A program made the translations under genes and the position numbers. The notes under the pieces are model-generated. The model ran no database searches and was not told the origin of the DNA. It saw only the letters and a program-made list of their open reading frames with translations. Below are positions 53,982 to 64,000 of a DNA stretch of 64,000 nucleotides, piece by piece; position 1 is the stretch's first letter, and each line of letters begins with the position of its first letter. The stretch is from contig CT868055.1 of NCBI GenBank assembly GCA_000165425.1, positions 62,001-126,000 on the forward strand, in the 5' to 3' direction. The DNA is from Paramecium tetraurelia. Its lineage: Eukaryota.

Positions 53982-55717
53982 ATTAAGTACTGGATTCAGA
54001 AGCTGAGGAAGCTGTGTTAAAAGCTGGAGACATCATCTAGGGTAGATTTCGTATTGGAGAACTTCTTGGAGAAGGATCATTTGGATCTGTCTTTAGAATC
54101 TATGATATTCAGAACAGCAATGAAGTCTTTGCTATCAAGGTGGAGTAAGAATTGGAGGAAGAGGAAAGCATGTTAGAAAGAGAAATCAAGATTATGATGG
54201 AATTAAAGTATTTCACTTAAGCACTCTATTCTTTTTAGGAAGAAGCCCGGGTTCCCATAGATATTATACTATGGATAAGAGAATCATTATGTTTATTACA
54301 TTATGAATGTGCTTGGACCCAACCTTGAAATTACCAGCAAGAAATGTGGAGGCTCTTTCACTCTCGTAACCATGTTGCGATTAGCTATTCAGGTATATGA
54401 GTAATGTACTGTTTAGTGTAGATGCTTAGCCGAATTGAAACGTTGCATTCTATGCGTCTCATTCACAGAGACATTAAACCAGACAACTTTGTGTTGGGAT
54501 TGGGATAGCAATAAAACATATTACATCTGATTGATTTTGGATTATCTAAATTTTATGTAAATTCTAAAGGTGAACACATCAAATAAGTACGCAAAAAAGG
54601 ATTGATTGGAACAGCAAGATATGCCAGCATTAATGCTCATAACGAACTTGAATAGAGTCGCAGAGATGATCTAGAAAGCATAGCTTACATCTTGGTATAT
54701 TTGGCCACTGGGTCTCTACCTTGGATGAATCTCCAAATTGAATAGAAAGATCTCAAATATGCTAAAATATTACATCTAAAAAAGTCAACAACTCCAGAGA
54801 TTGTATGTAAAAATCTACCAGCTTGCTTTATGAAATTTTTAACAGCTGTTCGTAAATTAGACTTTATCACAACGCCTGATTACGGGACGTATAAAAAATT
54901 ATTCCAAAGCGAATTAGAAAAGCATTAGGTTTAACCATACTATGATTGGGAAGTGGTAGGAGATAATCATACAAAAAAGAAAAGTAACACAATGCATATT
55001 ATGCCAGTATTATTTATATTAATTGAAGGAATAATTGAAATAAAATAATAGTCCTAACAATCTACATATTATTAATAGCAATGGAAATAACAATGGATCA
55101 AATAAAAATACTATGACTTATGGACAGGATCAAATCATTGAAGGTGATATGGATAAAAGATTGAATTTACAAGCTTCAACAAAAGGTGTCGATAATAAAC
55201 AATTTGAAAGGTTTGAATAGATTTTGCAATAGAATCAGAAGAAGTACTATAAGATGAACAGTTCAAAGAGGTAAAACTCTGGAAGGGCTAAAACCCCTGT
55301 GATGGTCAATGTTATTGAACCTGATGTAATTAAAATCTATTTATTTAGAAACAAATTCAACAATAATAGTATGAATAAGTATATGATGAAGTGTAATACA
55401 TTGCAAAATCAGCCAAATTCTTGTAACCACCCTCTACTCCCAATGTTAGGAATTCCTCTTCCATTATGAATCCTTATTATATCCCATCTTTAAACACTTC
55501 ATAAGTGAATAATTATGATTGGAGTGAAGGGGAAGAAATAAGCAACGAAGGCACTCCCTTATGGTGTATGTATGTGGAGAAGGAGAGACAAAATGTGATG
55601 ACGGGAATATAAACAAAAAAAAAGAACTCCATTAAACACAATAGTTTCAGTGCCCTCCAATATCCAATTCAAAATCAAGTAAGAGGAAGTGATGAAGAAT
55701 TGTTTGATATTGAATGA
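53978..55717 (+). CDS. CK1: Casein kinase 1 family kinase with long C-terminal tail
   Basis: LGEGSFG, LGPNLE, IHRDIKPDNF, LIDFGLSKFY, LIGTARYASINAH, EQSRRDDLES, LPW, PDY. Confidence 0.95.
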
Positions 55718-57817
55718 TCATTAGTGTTGTTAATTTATATTCATCTATGGATTTAATTGTAATGGTATTTGGATAGCCATCTCTTCTCCAATTGACAGAA
55801 GATCTGATATCTAGAAAACATGATCATCTTCAGGAAATTTCAATATTTTAGAAGCTTTGAATATTGCTTTGACTTGATCTCCCAAAAATAACTTTAATTT
55901 TCTATTGATTTTATAATAATATCTATTAGATTTCCTATTCTTAGCAGCAATAGCCTTGTAGGAATTGAATACGCTTTCTATACTTAAATTTTCTTTGTTT
56001 AAGAAGCTTGATTTCATCTGCTATTTAATTTGTTCAGCCACTTCTATCAAAGACATCTATTTTAAAGATAGTTATTTAGAATAATGAAGAAAATTTGTTT
56101 CCTTATCTTTTTCATTGATTCCAATCACTGGTTTAGGAGTATAATTGAATAAAATCAACTAATCTCGATCCAATAGGATCTACTTTAGTTTTTCAACCTA
56201 ATGAATTCTATTTAATATTGAAAATACATCCAACTCTTATCTAACACTATTTAATGATTTTTGTAGTAAAAATAGATGATGATCTGTTTTATAACTGGCT
56301 TTCTTACAACACATACCATATAAAAAGTATTTTAAATTTAAATTGATAGATTTTTTTGTCATTATCGTCTATTGAAAACTTGATAATAGAAAATGTTTTC
56401 TGCTCTTGAATTTATATTTCTCCATAATCTTTTTCTGTTCTTCAACAACTTTCATCACTCTTTCCTTATATTATGGATCCTCTTCCATGGAATCCTGTTT
56501 TTCTTCATTCTATTTTACTTCATCAGCTTTCCTTCTTTTTGTCTTAGTTCCTCCCTCCTATTAAGTTTAGGCACTAACATGAAATGGATCTACTAAACCA
56601 GATCCTTTTGTTCCTTAATCAGATTCTGTATTAAAATCATAATCATAAAGCCTATTAGAAATTTCCAAATAAACTAAATACTACTTTATTATTACATTAT
56701 GTTCTATTATAATATGTTATTATAACTCCAACAATAGAGATTACTGATTATGATAATCCACCTATTTTTGATAATAAATCAGTTATAGTCTAATACTCTC
56801 GATTGTAATTAGTAGAGAAATTACTACGCATGAACACTATGCGTGTCCAAACACCATCATTCTTTCCTTCATATAGTTATCTGAAAGAGTTTGTAGAAAA
56901 CACACTCAAATTCTCATCATCTAGCAATCCTCTAATATGATTTGGCAACACTACTCTATCTTTAGCTATCCTTGGAAATCCTTTGTGATATGCTTATCAA
57001 AATGGTAATCAATTCTCTGTAGATCTCCTGGATTTAATTGCAAACTCATCGAATTATCCAAATAATCTTCGGCCACAAATTCATTATTGAATGGATTTAT
57101 AAACTATCCTCATTAATAATTTATCATACTGTATTCTTTGTGATAAATTGCAATTGAAAAACCTCGTTTTCTTTCATCTCCTGACATGTTTTCCCCCAAC
57201 TACTCAATCCTTCGCATTTACCCACATCGATCGCTAAACTCTTAAAAGCAGAAGCTATATATTATAGAATAAACTATCTACAATACTAAGTCCCTTCTAA
57301 TTGAATAGAGAACTAAGAAGTAGGGCACAGCCACATCTCCATTTAATTGGATTCAAGAAATTTCAATATTTTATCAGAGTTAACAAGACTTGTGAATTGT
57401 TCCAAATTACATTATTATAATTGGATGCTCGAGTCGCCTCTTTGATATCTCTAATTCACTGTTATATCAAAGGATGGAGAATTGTAATAATCCTCTTGGT
57501 TCACTTTAATTGCAAAAATGAAATTGCTATGGTTGAGTTCTAATAAATCTGGATCATAGCTAAATTTAGTCTATCATTATATAGTGAATTATACTTCTTA
57601 TGTAATTTATATACCTCTTTAGATGGTATATCCAACGATCTCATTAACGCTATAAATGACAAGTAAGAGTATAATGAATATTGATATCATTCCTCCAAAT
57701 GAACTTTTATATTTTGTGTTTAAATCAAGGTTTAGGTTGATTGGCTACCCAAAAATGTCCATCTTTCTAAGTACTACGTTGTAATATATTGGTATTACTT
57801 TAAGTTAATTGTGACAT
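55718..57817 (-). CDS. 2-TM membrane protein with large extracellular loop (ciliate-expanded D.FG...FGG family; channel-like topology)
   Basis: MSQLTQ/intron/ILRKMDIFGQPINLNLDLNTKYKSSFGGMISIFIILLLVIY (TM1); YTR...ITDLLSKIGGLSQSVISIVGVII (TM2). Confidence 0.8.
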
Positions 57818-57876
57818 TTCGACACTTTACAAAAATGCAAAATATTTAATTAATATATGTCTAACAAATATGTATA

Positions 57877-60446
<2,570 letters not shown>

Positions 60447-60661
60447 TAAATTTAAAAAATAAGTCAATCAAAATACCTCAATTTATAATTGTTTATTTTA
60501 TATATATATGTTTAAGAGTATATAGATACAATGAATGATTCAAGGAATTTCTGAATTGATTTTAAGATCCCAACTTACTATATATTTATATTCTCAATTA
60601 CGAACATGATTATTCATCAAATAATAATATAATAAACATATTAAATAGGTTTGTTTATAAT

Positions 60662-61063
60662 TCATTACTCTAAGAATTATTTCAATGCATTTTCAGTGAA
60701 CAATTATTCCTCTTCAAATCTAATGGCCTCCTTATTGTCATGGACCAACAATAAAGTTGGAATTGATTTAATCTAAATCCACTCAGACACTCTAGCAGGG
60801 TTATTTGGCTCTTTCCATCTAATGAAATGACTATTAACTTACGTTTCCTTATCTCCTGCCCAACACCAATATACTGAGTATCCTTTCTATAACAATTGCG
60901 GAATTGCATAATTCTTGATGGTGGGTTCAGCCTCAACAGTATCAGAGCACCATGATTAACCAGTTTCAGCTAGAATGTCTCCAACAAAGATCAAGGCTGC
61001 CTTTCCTTCCTTATTGACTTTTTCAGAATAATTGGATGTTGTGACTTAAATTACTTATTCCAT
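60662..61063 (-). CDS. TXNDC17: TXNDC17/TRP14 (DUF953) thioredoxin-like protein with WCSDT active-site variant
   Basis: ALIFVGD...TGQSWCSDTVEAEPTI...AGDKET/intron/WKEPNNPAR...IKSIPTLL; ~125 aa. Confidence 0.85.
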
Positions 61064-61070
61064 TAAATAT

Positions 61071-63696
61071 ATGATTAGATAATAATCAATAATCTCAGCT
61101 GAATATTTGGTGTTTGATACAATCGATCTCATCAAGAAAGGTCAATATAAACAATGCGTTGCAAAAATAAATAGATTGGTATTTGATCCTCATTTGGTCA
61201 AAGGATAGCCACAATTTCTACAATTGCAAATCTAATTGTGTCGTCGACTCCTATATTGTTGTAACAAAATCCTTAAAAAGTAACACCTACTCATCATACT
61301 AATAGATACTTTCTAAAATATTCAGAAAAATCACACAAAATTCAACCGTTACTTAATCGATCGATTGAATTGAGTTTCCATTACATTGAATTTTTGGAAA
61401 CCTATTAAAAAGAGAATAGTAAATTTGATGGCTCTCCTCTTGCATCTCCATCTCCAACAATAAAAAAAAAATAACTTTTTAAAGAACTCTATGCAGAATA
61501 ATTAAGTCTGGCTCATAAAATGGAAATGTTTTTCTCGCAGGACATCGTCAATAACTATGTTCAGAAATCCAACATTTGGTTCCAAGATCATTGTCAGAAT
61601 TGTTATATTCAACTGCTAGAAACACTACTTAATGCATATAGATATCACAAATCCAATCGAACACATTACCCATCTCTCTTTCTACATCTCCTAACCAAAT
61701 TAATTACTTACTCTAACACACAGAATACAAATAACCACAAAAATCATAAGTTCTCTCTCTTAAAAGGAGAAGTCTATATTCTACTTGGGAATGCTTACTT
61801 TGAATTGAGTATTAATTATTTACTTATGTTTAAGATGACTATTCGAAGGCTGAATACAATTATGTCTCATCATTAGATGAAGCCATTGTATCTGTTAGAA
61901 GTCTTTTAGATGACATTGAAAAATTGAAAATTAATGTGGATTCACAAATAGTCAAGATCCAACTGTCCAAATTGATCAGTCAAATAATCATCAGTTTAGA
62001 TCTACAATCGCTTATCAATCAGCAAATTGAACATTACAATCGTTACATTGAAATCCACTAGGTCTCACAACTATTCAATAAAATCCTGGTATATTTCAAT
62101 GCTTGCAAAGAACTCCAACAACATCTAGATATCAAAGCTACTCAAATCAAAGACAATTACAAAGATCATGTACAAGAAAATACTGAAATCTGTAAATTAC
62201 TTTCCTTAATATTCTAAATTCCATTCAAACAACATCCTCCAAATCTTAATTCCACTTTTAATTTAGAATAGCTATCTCAAACAGATCAATATTAGCATAA
62301 ATTATTTGATAAATATGATTATGCTTCAAATAATACGATCTCCTTCATTAAGAACAAGGATTTACCTCCTAAACCTAAAAATCAAACATCATAATCAATT
62401 TTAGAAAATGCAGGCATGACATAGTAATACTTCATTAGAAATCAATCAATAAAGAATTTTAAGTTAAAACATAACAATTCTTAGTAATCTATTGAATAAT
62501 CCTCTACTAATTATAATGACAGTCAAATACAAAACAAAAATGATTAAAGCAGTCTAAGTTAAATAGATACTTCCAATATCTCTAAAATTAGATTTGGATA
62601 GACTCCAAAGACGGCACATAGATAGAGTTTCTTAAGTGAATTAATTCATCTCAGGAATTAGGGTGTAAAAACTGATAAATCTGTTATCTAGGAGACAGAT
62701 GTTGAAAGAAATCACAGACAATAAAAAGAATTGCTAAAGAAGATTAATAATAAAAGTAAATTAAATTTATACTAATTAGATTTCTATCAACCTTTGGATT
62801 AAGTTGTTCATACATACATCAATGAAAATCTTACGAGTCATTAAAAATGCCAATCACTTGAAGAAGTTAAGCAAAATGCCAGGATCATTTGCCAAGCTGA
62901 GGCAGAGGTACATAAGGAAGTACCTATAACTAAGAGTTTGTTATATGCTCGAAGGATGACATGTCCTTAAGGAGTTTTGGTGAAGGATTAAAATGCAGAA
63001 AATGAATTCAATAAGTTATTGGAGTTCAATGTTATTGAGTACTTTGATTTCGTTCAAACCAATAAAGATTAGGCTGTTACCAATTTAAAGGCATAATAAG
63101 AAAATTAACAAGTCAGAATAGCTTAATAAAATTTATTCTCGGATAACTTCATTCCCAAAAAGAAGTTGAATTTTATTGAGAACGAAGAGATCAAGCAATT
63201 AGAATAAGCTTAAGTGATTGCATAGCAAGCTGAGAATCTGCTAAAGAGGACTTAGGATAAAAGAAAATCTACTTCAAAGTAATCTAGGCTTTCCATCTTG
63301 TCTTTGATGTCAGATAAAGCCTTAAAGAAATAAGAATCCGTTATTGTTCCCATTACTTAGGAACAAGTGGTGGAAAAAGCTCGAAATTCAATTAAGCAGG
63401 TCATCTCTATAAATGAAAAATAAAAAGAAATATTCGAACAGGAGGATCAATAATTAAAGGAGGTATTACTAAGTGATCTATAATTTTAGGCAGAATTACC
63501 CTATAAGTTTAAGAGATCTCTTTCTGGGAAGCATAAATCAAAGCAAGAGGGCAAAAGCATCTTGATTAAACAAGAATTCGGCCATCTCTGTTCATCGACA
63601 AAGAACATTAGGGAGAAGGACTTTAGCATACTCAACAATAATAATAATAATGAATAAAAACTAAAAGGAATAATAAGTTTAGAGAAGATCAAATGA
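61071..63696 (+). CDS. Large hypothetical protein with TPR-like helical N-terminal region
   Basis: MIRQQSIISAEYLVFDTIDLIKKGQYKQC...; LLKGEVYILLGNAYFEL..DYSKAEYNY TPR-like segment; ends LEKIK*. Confidence 0.7.
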
Positions 63697-63725
63697 ATAA
63701 TAATATAGTTTTTATTAATATTGTT

Positions 63726-64000
63726 TCAAAATGGTTGACTTAACTATTTAAGTTATCTAGAAAATTGTGAAATGTCTTATTAAGTGAAGATCTTCACTAA
63801 TTTATTGGAGGAACAGTTTTTGCATCCATCACATTTGCAATTATCAGAGCATTCAATGCCCATTTAATAGCACTCACAATATTTCTTTTTGCAACCACTT
63901 TTTCTGCAATTACATCCCTATGATTATATCTCTAAATTACTTTGGAATGAGCCATTTTCTAATCAACTTCCTTTACTTTCTGATTGAATGCTTCTGGATT
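63726..64000 (-). CDS. Tesmin/TSO1/LIN54-type CRC (CXC) domain protein, 3' part
   Basis: NPEAFNQKV...HSK/intron/[34 protein letters not shown]. Confidence 0.92.

Overview
This is very AT-rich, gene-dense eukaryotic DNA from a ciliate macronuclear genome, almost certainly Paramecium. TAA/TAG read as Gln, TGA is the only stop, introns are mostly 22-30 nt GT..AG, and intergenic spacers are often under 50 nt. The supplied standard-code ORF track is therefore fragmentary, so genes were re-read by eye with genetic code 6. About 35 protein-coding genes are visible. They include six kinases (an acylated AGC kinase, a CAMKL-type kinase, a PH/CAMK-like kinase, PDK1, CK1 and PKG), a ~3000-aa Cys-rich/beta-helix multipass membrane protein, a citrate synthase with a PTS2 signal, a kinesin, a Rab escort protein, an SCP/FCP1-type phosphatase, and MORN, WD40, scramblase-like, TRP14-like, CRC/tesmin, RanBP2 zinc-finger and CFAP141-like proteins. 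There is a 247-nt assembly gap at 46203-46449. The most notable items are: (1) a decayed non-LTR retrotransposon (LINE-type RT) remnant in the 3.7-kb gene-free island near 42-43.6 kb; (2) an ATGA stop/start overlap, or alternatively a 32-nt intron, joining a coiled-coil ORF to CK1; (3) two convergent genes whose stop codons abut (TGA|TCA) and two divergent genes only 7 nt apart; (4) a TRP14 homolog with WCSDT in place of WCPDC. I found no tRNA, rRNA, CRISPR or telomeric features, and no clearly novel multi-gene system that I can support. All family calls come from motif recognition, not database searches.
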